NCBI GenBank assembly: GCA_963815215.1
Contig: CAWFFU010000003.1
Span: forward strand, 288,001 to 352,000
Reading direction: 5' to 3'
Origin: an uncultured Trueperaceae bacterium
Lineage (GTDB): Bacteria > Deinococcota > Deinococci > Deinococcales > Trueperaceae
DNA length: 64,000 nt
Shown: positions 10,243 through 20,033 of the stretch, piece by piece
Layout of the letters: each line of letters begins with the position of its first letter
Position numbering within the stretch: the first letter of the stretch is position 1
The notes under the pieces: generated by a model
Database searches by the model: none
What the model was told of the DNA's origin: nothing
What the model saw: only the letters and a program-made list of their open reading frames with translations
Translations under genes and position numbers: made by a program

Positions 10243-11354
10243 GCCGCCGTCCCCGTAGACGCGGCGGCGCTCTCGGTGTGGGGCGACAGGTAGGGCAGCA
10301 GCAGCCCCAGGATGCGCTCGGCCGCACCGGCCGGGCTGCGCCGGCGCGCGGCCTCGGACGCCGTGGCCCGCCGCGGCGGATCGAGCAGGGTCCGCCAGGC
10401 GCCGGGGAGATCGGCCATTTCGCTCTCCAGCACGGTGATGCCGGCTCCTGCGAGCTCGACGGCCCGGGCGTTGTGGCGTTGGTGGTCCTCGGCGGCGGTC
10501 GGTAGTGGCACCATCACCAGCGGCGTTCCGTGGAAGGCGGCCTCACTGAGCGTCCCGATCCCCGCCCGGGTGATGGCGAGATCGGCGGCGGAGAAGGCCT
10601 GCGCTGCGTCCAGGTAGGGGTGTACGTGGTACTCGGGTAGGTCGGTCACACTCCCGCGCAGCGTATCAGACCACCGCGGTCCGCTGGAGTGGAGCACCTG
10701 CAGGCCGGCCCGACGCACTGTGCGGTAGGCGTCGGGCACGGCACGGTTGAGCGTGACCGAGCCCTGTGACCCGCCCATCACGAGCGTGACGGTTGCGTCG
10801 GGATCGAGCCCCAGAGCGCGCCGCGCGGCCGCGCGCTCCACCCGGGTCTCCCGCACCGGGTAGGGGGCGACCGCCAGCGCGCGGGCCCGAAGGTGCTCGC
10901 CGGCCGCCTCCTGGGCCAGCACCACGATCCGGGCGCGCGCCGCGAACCAGCGGGTGACGCGGCTGGGGAAGGCGTTGCCTTCGTGCAGGGCCAGCGGCGT
11001 TCCGGTCAGCACGGCGGCGGCGCAGCCCGGGAAGGAGGCGAAGCCCCCGAATCCGACCACCAGGCGGGGCTTCACCGCGCGTACCGCGCGTACCGCGCTC
11101 AGGAAGCCGCCGACCGCGCGAACGGCCTGACGGGGGTCGGGACGCTGGCGGTCCCACTTGCCCGCCGCCACTCCCTGGAACGGGTAACCCGCCTCCGGCA
11201 CCAGCCGGGCCTCCATGCCGCCGGCCTGCCCCAGGAACGCCACCTCGAGACCGTGCGTCCGGGCGGCGCGCGCCACCGCCAGGGCGGGGTAGATGTGCCC
11301 ACCGGTGCCGCCGGTGGCGAACAGCAGGTCCACGCCGCGGGGAAGGACGGTCAC
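10239..11354 (-). CDS. murG: Lipid I N-acetylglucosaminyltransferase
   Basis: GGTGGHIYP, GFGGFAS, HEGN, GGSQGS, HQRHNA; GTG overlaps the ftsW stop. Confidence 0.96.
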   Translation of the reverse strand: MTVLPRGVDLLFATGGTGGHIYPALAVARAARTHGLEVAFLGQAGGMEARLVPEAGYPFQGVAAGKWDRQRPDPRQAVRAVGGFLSAVRAVRAVKPRLVVGFGGFASFPGCAAAVLTGTPLALHEGNAFPSRVTRWFAARARIVVLAQEAAGEHLRARALAVAPYPVRETRVERAAARRALGLDPDATVTLVMGGSQGSVTLNRAVPDAYRTVRRAGLQVLHSSGPRWSDTLRGSVTDLPEYHVHPYLDAAQAFSAADLAITRAGIGTLSEAAFHGTPLVMVPLPTAAEDHQRHNARAVELAGAGITVLESEMADLPGAWRTLLDPPRRATASEAARRRSPAGAAERILGLLLPYLSPHTESAAASTGTAA

Positions 11355-12403
11355 AGCACCGCCCCTTCGCTCCGCGCCTGGCGGTACGCGGTGTGGATGA
11401 AGCCCATGGCGATGGAGACCGATAACATGCTGTTGAGCCCGAAGCTGACGAACGGCAGCGGGACACCGGTGATCGGTAGCAGCCCAGCGGCCACCAACAG
11501 GTTGAGACAGGCCTGCCCGCCGATGTAGGCGCTGGCTCCCGCCGCCAGCAGGCTCCCGGGACCGCTCAGGGAAGCGGCCACCCGCAGCCCCCGGCCGACC
11601 AGGACGATGTACAGCGTGACCAGGGCGAGGATGCCCATGATGCCGAGCGATTGCCCCACCGCCACCGCCACCATGTCGGTCTCGGCCTCGGGTACCCGCA
11701 CCGGCTCGCCTGCACCGAGACCGGTGACGCCGGCGCGCGCCAGGGCCAGCCGAGCGGCGTAGGCCTGGTAGCTGGCGTTGGAAGTCTGGTGCTGCCCGCC
11801 CCACAGATCGGCGAAGCCCTGGATGCGCCGTTGCAGGTAGTGGAACTGGCTGAGGTAGGGTCCGGCCACCAGGACCGCGATGATAGCGGCCGCCGTGCTG
11901 ATGGACATCAGCCGGACGATGGTGGTGCCTGCCGCCATCATGATGGCGAAGGCCAGCGCGAAGAGGAACAGCGCGGTGCTGACGTCCGGCTCGGCCACGA
12001 TCAGCCCGGCGGCCAACCCGATCACGACCATCGGCCGCCAGATCTGCCAGTTGCCCAGGTGGTTGTAGAAGAAGGCGGTGAGGTAGGCGATCACCGTGAC
12101 CTTCATGAACTCCGACGGTTGCAGGGCGATGGGGCCCAGCAGGATCCAGCGCCGACTGTCGGAGCCGGCGGGCGAGACGCCGATCACCAGTACCGCCAAC
12201 AGCAACGCCAACATGACGACATAGGCCAGCGGGCTGAGCCGCGTGATGCGGCGCGGTGACACGCGCGCCACCAGCACCGTGAGCAACAGCCCGGCGGCGA
12301 AGCGCAGAGCGTGCTCGATGGCGCTGCCGGGCGCAGCCGCGGTGACGCCAACGATGCCGAGCGCGCCGAGCAGCAGCTGCACGGTCAGCAGGAGGCGGTC
12401 CAC
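11351..12403 (-). CDS. ftsW: SEDS family peptidoglycan glycosyltransferase FtsW
   Basis: RRWI...QPSEFMK, EPD, PEAETD, LPITGVPLPFVSFG; GTG start at 12403 with GGGAG RBS. This is the C-terminal part of the 796-aa track ORF. Confidence 0.93.
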   Translation of the reverse strand: MDRLLLTVQLLLGALGIVGVTAAAPGSAIEHALRFAAGLLLTVLVARVSPRRITRLSPLAYVVMLALLLAVLVIGVSPAGSDSRRWILLGPIALQPSEFMKVTVIAYLTAFFYNHLGNWQIWRPMVVIGLAAGLIVAEPDVSTALFLFALAFAIMMAAGTTIVRLMSISTAAAIIAVLVAGPYLSQFHYLQRRIQGFADLWGGQHQTSNASYQAYAARLALARAGVTGLGAGEPVRVPEAETDMVAVAVGQSLGIMGILALVTLYIVLVGRGLRVAASLSGPGSLLAAGASAYIGGQACLNLLVAAGLLPITGVPLPFVSFGLNSMLSVSIAMGFIHTAYRQARSEGAVL

Positions 12404-13735
12404 GAGGGCTCCCTCCCGGTCGCGGCGACCACGTCCCGGAAGACGCGTGCCCGGTCCGTGTAGTCCCGGAACTGGTCGAAGGAGGCAGCCAGCGGAGCCA
12501 GCAGGACCTGACCGCTGCCACCATGGCGCTCGTGCAGGTACGCCAGGGCGCGATCGACCGCGCAGCGCAGCGCCGCGGGCCCATCGGACTCGGTGCAGAC
12601 GGTGGTATCGGTGTCCGACGCGAAGGCGCGCGCGAAGTCCGGGCCCGCCTCGCCGATGGCTACCAGCAACGAGACCCGCTCGCGCACGAGTGTGCGCAGC
12701 GCCTCCAGCGAAGCGCCCTTGGCGCGTCCCCCGGCGATCCACACCAGCGGCGCCGGCGTGGCGCGCAGCGCGGCGGCGACGGCCAGCGGACGGGTCGCGA
12801 TGGAATCCTCGATGAAGTGCACCCCGCCCACCGAGCCTGCCGGAGCGTAGCGTCCCGGCAGTCCAGCGAAGGCGCGCAGGCCTCGTGCGATGGCGTCGGG
12901 CTCGAGCCCGAGCGCGCGACAGGCGAGCGCCACGGCCAGCGCGTTGGCGATCTGGTGCTCGCCGCGCACCTGCAGCGCCTCGGCGTTCAGCAGGGGACGG
13001 CCCTCCAGCAGCAGCTGCCCGTTCTCGCGCCGGTAGCCGGCGGCGGCCTCGCCGTCCAGAGAGAAGGGGAGGCCGCGCGCCGGGGACGCGCTCTGCCCAC
13101 GCCTGCAGCAGTGGGTCGTCGGCGTTGTAGACGAAGTGGTCGGAGGCGTCCTGGTGGGCGATCATGTTGCGCTTGGCGGCGTGGTAGGCCTCCACGCTTC
13201 CGTGCCGGTCGATGTGGTCCTCGCCCAGGTTGAGGGCGACGGCGACGTGAGGCTTCAGCGTGGGGCAGCGCTCGAGCTGGAACGACGACAGCTCCACCAC
13301 CAGGGTGGCGCCGGGCCGGGCGACCGCGGCCAGGGCCGGGTCGATATTGCCGCCCGCGACGGCGTCGATGCCCGACAGGACGAGCGTGTCGGTGATCCAA
13401 CGGGTGACCGTACCCTTGCCGGCGGTGCCGGTGACGCCCACGACGGTGGCGGGCACGGTGCGGACCACCCACTCCACCTCGCCGATGACCTCCACCCCGC
13501 GCTCGCGCAGGCGGACCAGGTCGGGATGATCGATGGGGACACCCGGCGCCGCGATGCACAGCTCGGCGGTGCTGGCATCGATCGACGTCAGCCGCGGCCA
13601 GCCCTCGGCGCGCGCCGCCGCGATGTCTTCGCCACTGTCCCGGACCTCGTAGATCTCCACTCGGTGGCCCTGCCGGGCGACCAGCCGGGCGGCCGCCAGG
13701 CCGCTGCGCCCGAGGCCGTAGACGAGCACCGTCAC
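12385..13735 (-). CDS. murD: UDP-N-acetylmuramoyl-L-alanine--D-glutamate ligase, split by a frameshift near 13090
   Basis: The N-terminal half (GLGRSG, GTAGKGT, ELSSFQL, DHIDRH) and C-terminal half (HQIAN, EDSIAT, GGRAKG, LAPLAASFDQF) are in different frames. Confidence 0.9.
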
Positions 13736-14643
13736 GCCCACGCTCCCACCAGGACCGCTGTGAGCGCGGTGGTGGCGGCGGTCACCAGCCAGAAGCGCAT
13801 CACCACGCGCGTCTCACTCCAGCCGGAGAGCTCGAAGTGGTGGTGCAGCGGGCTCATGCGGAGCAGCCGCTTGCCGCCGGTGGCCCGGAAGAAGGCCACC
13901 TGCGCGATCACCGACAGGACCTCCAGCACGGGCACGAGCGCGAGCAGCGGCAGGTACCAGACCCAGCCGTGCTGGATCGCCAGGCCGGCGACGGCGGCGC
14001 CAAGCGCCTCGGAGCCGACGCCGCCCATGAACACTCGGGCGGGGTGACCGTTGTACCAGAGGAAGCCGAGCAGCGCTCCCAGCAGCGCGGCGGCCAGCGG
14101 CGAGCCCACGAACAGGAGCAGCATGATGCTCGCGACGCCGGCGGCGAGCCCGTCGAGGCCGTCGGTGAAGTTGAGGGCGTTGACGCTGCCCACTACCACG
14201 AAGGCCAGCGCGAAGACGTCGAGGATGGGGATCCCGAACATGACGGCGCCGGTACGCACGGCGTAGAGCGCGAAGGCGACGGCCACCAGTGCCTGTCCCA
14301 GCAGCCGGTAGCGGGCGAGCAGCCCGGTGCTGGGCTCGAGCCCACTGGCCTCGTCGGCCTTGCGCCGCAGCGACAGCACGTCGTCGTAGAGCCCCAGCGC
14401 GCCGCTCAGCGCGATCAGCGCCGCCAGGGGCAGGTCGCCGACCGGGTCGGGGCTGCTGAGCAGCCCGACGCTCAGCGCGGCGAGCAGGATCGCCAGGCCG
14501 CCCATGGTCGGGGTGCCGGCCTTGACGAGATGCGAGCCCGGGCCGTCGCTGCGCACGGCCTTGCCCCAGCCGTAGCGCTTGGCGAGCTGGATGAAGATGC
14601 CGGTGAGCACCAGCCCGACCGCGGCGGCGAGAAGCATCGTCAC
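13732..14643 (-). CDS. mraY: Phospho-N-acetylmuramoyl-pentapeptide transferase
   Basis: KAGTPTMGG, NFTDGLDGL, VFMG, MSPLHHHFEL. Confidence 0.97.
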   Translation of the reverse strand: MTMLLAAAVGLVLTGIFIQLAKRYGWGKAVRSDGPGSHLVKAGTPTMGGLAILLAALSVGLLSSPDPVGDLPLAALIALSGALGLYDDVLSLRRKADEASGLEPSTGLLARYRLLGQALVAVAFALYAVRTGAVMFGIPILDVFALAFVVVGSVNALNFTDGLDGLAAGVASIMLLLFVGSPLAAALLGALLGFLWYNGHPARVFMGGVGSEALGAAVAGLAIQHGWVWYLPLLALVPVLEVLSVIAQVAFFRATGGKRLLRMSPLHHHFELSGWSETRVVMRFWLVTAATTALTAVLVGAWA

Positions 14644-16016
14644 GAGGAACCGCCCTTGCCGGCACCGGCCTCGAGGCGCGCCTCGTAGCGCGCGAGCAGA
14701 CGCTCGAGCTGGACGCCGCGCGAGGCCTTGAACAGCACCGTGCCGTGTGACGGCAGCTCGGCCAGCAAACGCTCGGCGGCCGCCTCGTCGTCGGCGTAGC
14801 GGGCTCCGGGGTTGGCGGCCGCGATGGCCGCCGCCTCGGGGCCGACGGCCACTACCACGTCCAGGTCGCGCGTGGCGGCGCCCAGCGCGTGATGGTGGGC
14901 GGCGCTGGCCTCGCCCAGCTCGAGCATGGCGCCCAGCACCGCCGCCCTCGGTGGCTGCGAGCTGCGCAGCACCTCCAGCGCCAGGCTGGCCGACGCGGGG
15001 TTGCTGTTGTAGGTGTCGTCGATGATGGTGAGGCGACCGTGGACGCGGCGCTGTAGCCGGCCCGGTTCGAGGCGTGCGCCCGCGAGGCGCAGCGCGGCCG
15101 CTTCGATCTCGAACCCCAGCCGCTCCGCCATGGCCAGTGCGGCGAGCGCGTTGTCGGCCAGCGCCTTGCCGGGCCAGGGCAGCTGGATCTGCAGCCCCCG
15201 GTAGACGAGCTCCTGCCCCTCGGCGCTCGCCGACAGGCGCCGCGCGGGCACCAGATTGGGCGCGGTGGGACTCGGCTCGTCGGCGTCGAGCACGGCGTAG
15301 GGGTGGACAGCGTCACGCAAGGCGGGGGGAAGCTCGCGGTAGGCCTGCAGGCTCGCCAGTCGGTGGCCGGGCGCCGCCATCAGCAAGGCGCCCTTCTCGA
15401 GGGCAACGGCGTCGACGGTGCCGAGACCGGAGAGGTGGCTGGCGCCGATGGCCGTCACGATGGCGTGGTCCGGCCGGGTCAGGTCGAGCAGCCGGGCCAT
15501 CTCGCCCAGCTGGTCGATGCCGAGCTCGAGCACCAGAGGCTCGCCGGGCCCCTGCAGGCCCTGCGCCAGCGCGGCGTCGACGAGGGTCGCCGCCAGCGCC
15601 CAGGGGGTGTTGAGGTTGCCCTCGCTGCAGCGCCCCAGCAGGGCCGCGCACAGCATCGTCTTGGTGGTGGTCTTGCCGGCGGAGCCGGTGATCCCGACCA
15701 CCGGGCCGCGCAGGGCGGCCCGGGCGCGGCGGCCGAGGTCGAGCAGGCACTCGCCCGGGCTGTCGACGACCACGCCGCGCTCGTGCGGCAGGTCGGAGAC
15801 GATGAAGGCGGCGCCGCGGGCCAGGGCCTCGTCGGCGTGACTGATGCCGTGACCGTGCTGGCCGGGCAGCGCGAAGAAGACATCCCCGGGCCGCACGCGG
15901 CCGGAGTGGAAGGCCACGCCGCTGCCCTGGGGAAGCGGCGCTGCCGGCTCGGACACGGGGCCCAGCTCGCGCAGGAGGGTCACGTCGACGGCGTTCACGG
16001 GCGGGCGATCCTCCAT
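14640..16016 (-). CDS. murF: UDP-MurNAc-tripeptide--D-Ala-D-Ala ligase
   Basis: GITGSAGKTTTK, NLNT, DDTYNSNP, GAMLELG, KASRG. Confidence 0.95.
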   Translation of the reverse strand: MEDRPPVNAVDVTLLRELGPVSEPAAPLPQGSGVAFHSGRVRPGDVFFALPGQHGHGISHADEALARGAAFIVSDLPHERGVVVDSPGECLLDLGRRARAALRGPVVGITGSAGKTTTKTMLCAALLGRCSEGNLNTPWALAATLVDAALAQGLQGPGEPLVLELGIDQLGEMARLLDLTRPDHAIVTAIGASHLSGLGTVDAVALEKGALLMAAPGHRLASLQAYRELPPALRDAVHPYAVLDADEPSPTAPNLVPARRLSASAEGQELVYRGLQIQLPWPGKALADNALAALAMAERLGFEIEAAALRLAGARLEPGRLQRRVHGRLTIIDDTYNSNPASASLALEVLRSSQPPRAAVLGAMLELGEASAAHHHALGAATRDLDVVVAVGPEAAAIAAANPGARYADDEAAAERLLAELPSHGTVLFKASRGVQLERLLARYEARLEAGAGKGGSS

Positions 16017-16068
16017 ATCATGACCACTTTACACAACGCGCTCACGACCCCCCTCTTACGGCATTGGC

Positions 16069-17466
16069 TCATGGGCGACTGTCGGCGAGAGCGACGCTAC
16101 CCGGCGCAAGCCCCCAGTGCGCCACCACCTCGCTGCCGATGGCCCGGAACAGCGGGGCGGCCACCCAGGTGCTGGTCTTGCTGCCCACCTGCGGCTTCTG
16201 CAGGGTGACGATGGTGACGACGCGGGGGTGATCGGCGGGGAAGACCCCGGCGAAGGTGATGGAGTACTCGCCCTTGGGATAGGTGCCCAGGCGGCGATCG
16301 TAGATGTCGGCGGTGCCGGTCTTGCCGGCCACGCTGACGCCCGGGACCTTGGAGTACTTCAGGTCGCTGGCGTCCACCACGTGCACCAGCATCTTGAACA
16401 CGGTGTCGGCCACGTGCGCGTCGAGGACCCGATGGGGCGCGGGGAGGGTGGCGCCCTCCACCAGCCGCGGCGGGACGTAGACGCCGCGGTCGGCCAGGAT
16501 GCTGTAGGCCGCGGCCAGCTGGACCGCGGTCGTCGACACGTTCTGACCGATGGTATTGGAGGCCTGATCCTGCGGTACCCAGTTCTGCCACGGGTTGAGG
16601 ATGCCGGTAGTGGCGTAGATGCTGGTCAGGTCGAGGGGCTGGCCGAAGCCGTAACGCGCCAGCCAGCCGTGGAGCTGCTTCGGCGTGAACCGCCAGGTGA
16701 GGTGGATCATGCCGACGTTGCTGGAGAAGCGCAGGATGTCGGGGATCGACAGCTCCGGCTTGTGCCACTCGACGTCGTGGAAGGTCTTGTTGCCCACGTG
16801 CACGCTCATCGGCGCAGCGATGGTCTCGTTCGGGTTCAGCAGGCCGTCCTGGATGAGCCCCGCCACCACGAACGGCTTCATCACCGAGCCCGGCTCGTAC
16901 TCCTGGGCGAAGGGGCGGTCCATCATGTCGTTGCTGCTCGCCTGGCGCCAGTGGTTGGGGTCGAAGCTGGGGTAACTCGCCGCCGCCAGGATGCGACCGG
17001 TGCCGACCTCCAGGATGACCGCCATGCCGTCGGCCGCCTGATTCTTCTCGGCCACGCGCTTCAGGTTCGTCTCTGCCGCCGCCTGGAGGGTCGGGTCGAT
17101 GGTGAGGCGCACGTCCCGACCCGCCTGGAGCTTGCGGTCGAGGCTGTACTCGAGGCCTTCGAGCCCGTAGCGCCCGTCGGGCTGGATGGCGCCGGTGAAG
17201 CCCAGCAGGTTGGCGGCCAGCGTGCCCTGCGGATAGCGTCGATCGTTCGCCGGACCGTAGGCCAGCACGGTGCCGTCCGATGCCAGGATCCTGCCGCGCA
17301 CCGGCGTGTCGGCCGGTGGTGCCGGGAAGCTGGGGGCGCCGCGTTGCTGGCTGGCGAAGCCGAACAGTGCGGCCAACAGCGGAAGGACCAGCATCACGGA
17401 CATCAGGCCGCGGCGCGTGAAGCGCAGCTCCGTCGGGTCGCCCTTCTTCCTCGGGTTCAGTGCCAT
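16069..17466 (-). CDS. ftsI: Class B penicillin-binding protein (FtsI-like)
   Basis: RGRIL, RRYPQG, SxxK (SVMK), SxN (SSN), KTG; position in the dcw cluster. Confidence 0.88.
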   Translation of the reverse strand: MALNPRKKGDPTELRFTRRGLMSVMLVLPLLAALFGFASQQRGAPSFPAPPADTPVRGRILASDGTVLAYGPANDRRYPQGTLAANLLGFTGAIQPDGRYGLEGLEYSLDRKLQAGRDVRLTIDPTLQAAAETNLKRVAEKNQAADGMAVILEVGTGRILAAASYPSFDPNHWRQASSNDMMDRPFAQEYEPGSVMKPFVVAGLIQDGLLNPNETIAAPMSVHVGNKTFHDVEWHKPELSIPDILRFSSNVGMIHLTWRFTPKQLHGWLARYGFGQPLDLTSIYATTGILNPWQNWVPQDQASNTIGQNVSTTAVQLAAAYSILADRGVYVPPRLVEGATLPAPHRVLDAHVADTVFKMLVHVVDASDLKYSKVPGVSVAGKTGTADIYDRRLGTYPKGEYSITFAGVFPADHPRVVTIVTLQKPQVGSKTSTWVAAPLFRAIGSEVVAHWGLAPGSVALADSRP

Positions 17467-17777
17467 ACCGTGCGGATCTCCAGACCACTGGCGGGCAGCG
17501 TCGGCTGAGGGGCGGCGCCGGGCGCCACCGCACCGACGTTGGAGGCCTCCGGCGCAGGCACCATGCCGTGCGCGTCGGCCCACTGGGTGACCGCCAGCGG
17601 CCCGTCCACGCGGGCGGCCCTGAGCTGAAGGTTGGCGACGGAGTCGAGGAGCTTCTGGCGCTGGTCGATCAGCGTCATCTGATGGTGATAGAGCCCCTGG
17701 TTCACGAGCCCGACCGCGCTCAACAGCAGCAGCAAGCCGAAGTAGAGGGGCACGGCACGACGGGCGACGCGACTCAC
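17457..17777 (-). CDS. Putative FtsL-like divisome protein
   Basis: Small TM plus coiled-coil protein between rsmH and ftsI; A..HGM motif. Confidence 0.65.
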   Translation of the reverse strand: MSRVARRAVPLYFGLLLLLSAVGLVNQGLYHHQMTLIDQRQKLLDSVANLQLRAARVDGPLAVTQWADAHGMVPAPEASNVGAVAPGAAPQPTLPASGLEIRTVWH

Positions 17778-18682
17778 GACGCACTCCTCTCGCCTGCGCG
17801 GAGCTTGGCAGCACGGGCGCGCGGGTTGGCCTGCACCTCGTCCTCGCTCGCGGTCAGCGGCTTCTTCGTGACGGCGATCATGCGAGGTGAGTCGTTCAGG
17901 AAGCGTTTCACGATGCGGTCCTCCAGCGAGTGGTAGCTGATGGCCACCAGCCGGCCGCCGGGTTCGAGCAGCCGGGCGGCGGCCTCGAGGCCCTCCTGGA
18001 GGGCGCCGAGCTCATCGTTGACGTGGATGCGAAGGGCCTGGAAGGTGCGCCGGGCGGGGTGGGTGCGGCGGGGCCCGCCGGGGTAGGCCGACGCCACGAC
18101 CTCGGCCAGGCGGCCGGTGGTCCGGATCGGGGCGCGCTCCCGCGCCTCCACGACGCGGCGGGCGATCCGCCGACTGTGGCGCTCCTCGCCGTAGCGCCAC
18201 AGCAGCGCGGCGATCTCCTCCATGGGAGCTTCGTTCACGATGTCGGCGGCGCTCGGGCCGGTGGCGGCCATGCGCATGTCGAGCGGTCCGTCGGCCCGGA
18301 AGGCGAAGCCGCGCTCGCCTTCGTCGAGCTGCATCGACGAGACCCCCAGGTCGAGGAGGATGCCGGCCACGGTGGAGAGCTCGAACGACCGTGCCAGGCG
18401 CTCCATGTCGCGGAAGTTGCCGGCCGCGAACAGGAAGGTTCCCGACGCTCCGTGGGGCGCCGCGGCAGCGCCGGCGCTGCCGGCGAGCGCACCTACGTGG
18501 TCGGCGGCCCGAGGGTCCTGGTCGATACCGAGGACGTTGGCGCCCGCTTCCAGCAGGGCGCGGGTGTGGCCGCCGGCGCCGAAGGTGGCGTCGACCATCC
18601 AGACGCCGGCTTGGGGCCGGAGGTACGCGAGGGCTTCGCTCACCATGACGGGACGGTGTGCCTGGTCCGCCGGGGCGCTCAT
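17774..18682 (-). CDS. rsmH: 16S rRNA m4C1402 methyltransferase
   Basis: HRPVM, DATFGAGGH, DLGVSSMQLD, PLDMRM, ISYHSLEDR, NPRARAAKLR. Confidence 0.98.
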   Translation of the reverse strand: MSAPADQAHRPVMVSEALAYLRPQAGVWMVDATFGAGGHTRALLEAGANVLGIDQDPRAADHVGALAGSAGAAAAPHGASGTFLFAAGNFRDMERLARSFELSTVAGILLDLGVSSMQLDEGERGFAFRADGPLDMRMAATGPSAADIVNEAPMEEIAALLWRYGEERHSRRIARRVVEARERAPIRTTGRLAEVVASAYPGGPRRTHPARRTFQALRIHVNDELGALQEGLEAAARLLEPGGRLVAISYHSLEDRIVKRFLNDSPRMIAVTKKPLTASEDEVQANPRARAAKLRAGERSAS

Positions 18683-19107
18683 CCCACCAGCTCCCGCAGC
18701 AGATCGGGCGCGGGCGGCTGCGCCTGCACCGCGGTGAGGTTGCTCAGCCAGCGGTCCTCGTTCCAGATCTCCAGCCGGTTGGGCGCGCCGGCGACCACCA
18801 CGTTGCTCTCCACCTCGGCGAACGACCGCAGCGTGGAGGGGAGGGTGATGCGGCCGGCCGAGTCGAGTTTGGCTTTGGCAGCACCAGAGTAGAAGAAGCG
18901 CACGAAGTTGCGCGCTTCCGGGTCGGTCAGGGGGAGTTCAGTGAGGCGGGTCTCGATGCGTTGCCAGGCGGCCAGCGGGAAGATGTACAGGCACCCCTCC
19001 ATGCCGCGGGTGACGACCATGCCGTCCTCCACGAAATCGCGGAAGGCGGGCGGCACGATCACCCGTCCCTTGTCGTCGACCGCGTACTGGAATTCCCCGA
19101 ACGGCAT
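18679..19107 (-). CDS. mraZ: Transcriptional regulator MraZ
   Basis: DDKGR and DSAGR repeats, RLEIW; first gene of the dcw cluster. Confidence 0.97.
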   Translation of the reverse strand: MPFGEFQYAVDDKGRVIVPPAFRDFVEDGMVVTRGMEGCLYIFPLAAWQRIETRLTELPLTDPEARNFVRFFYSGAAKAKLDSAGRITLPSTLRSFAEVESNVVVAGAPNRLEIWNEDRWLSNLTAVQAQPPAPDLLRELVG

Positions 19108-19170
19108 GCCCTGGTCTCTCCTCGCCTTACGTGGATGGGGTGCATCCACCGCCTCGATCAGCGTTGGACG

Positions 19171-19200
19171 ATTCTACCACACTTTCCCACGTTCTCCCAC
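19171..19200 (-). promoter_or_regulatory. dcw promoter with three MraZ-type direct repeats and an extended -10
   Basis: Minus strand reads GTGGG-agaac-GTGGG-aaagt-GTGGT at a 10-bp period, overlapping TGgTAGAAT. Confidence 0.85.
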
Positions 19201-19391
19201 CATATTTCCCTGTTTCACCAAGATCGTGAAGACGCGTCCCACGCGGCCCCCACTCGGGCGTTGCGCCGGTCGGGCCCGCCCCCTGAACTCCCACCTCGCT
19301 GCGGTTCGGCGGGAGCGGGTCGGGGCGCGGTCGTAGCGTGGGGCGTGCGGGGGGAGGAGCGGGGCGGGATCGACACCGCAGGGAACGACGC

Positions 19392-19424
19392 AAGAAGTAA
19401 GGGGCGACCCCGAAAGGTCGCCCC
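19392..19424 (-). terminator. Intrinsic terminator downstream of rnpB
   Basis: GGGGCGACC/GGTCGCCCC stem followed by TTACTTCTT on the minus strand. Confidence 0.8.
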
Positions 19425-19427
19425 GTG

Positions 19428-19838
<411 letters not shown>

Positions 19839-20033
19839 GAAGGAGAATCTTAGCACGCCCGGGCCCGTCGGCGGGTGCGGAGCGCGCCCGTATACTCGCG
19901 ACGAGGAGGGCTACGTCATGACGCAGAGCTCGATGAGCGCGCGGGCCTTGTCCGTCGACCGGCGCCCGGCCGAACGCGGCGCGCTGCCCCGCGCGGGCGA
20001 GGGCCGGGGCCGTACCGACGACGGAGCCGGCGG

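Noticed and set aside
11351..13741. 796-aa MurD-FtsW fusion protein
   Set aside because: The middle section is off-frame, Arg/Gly-rich sequence; the true MurD C-terminus is in another frame and ftsW has its own start.
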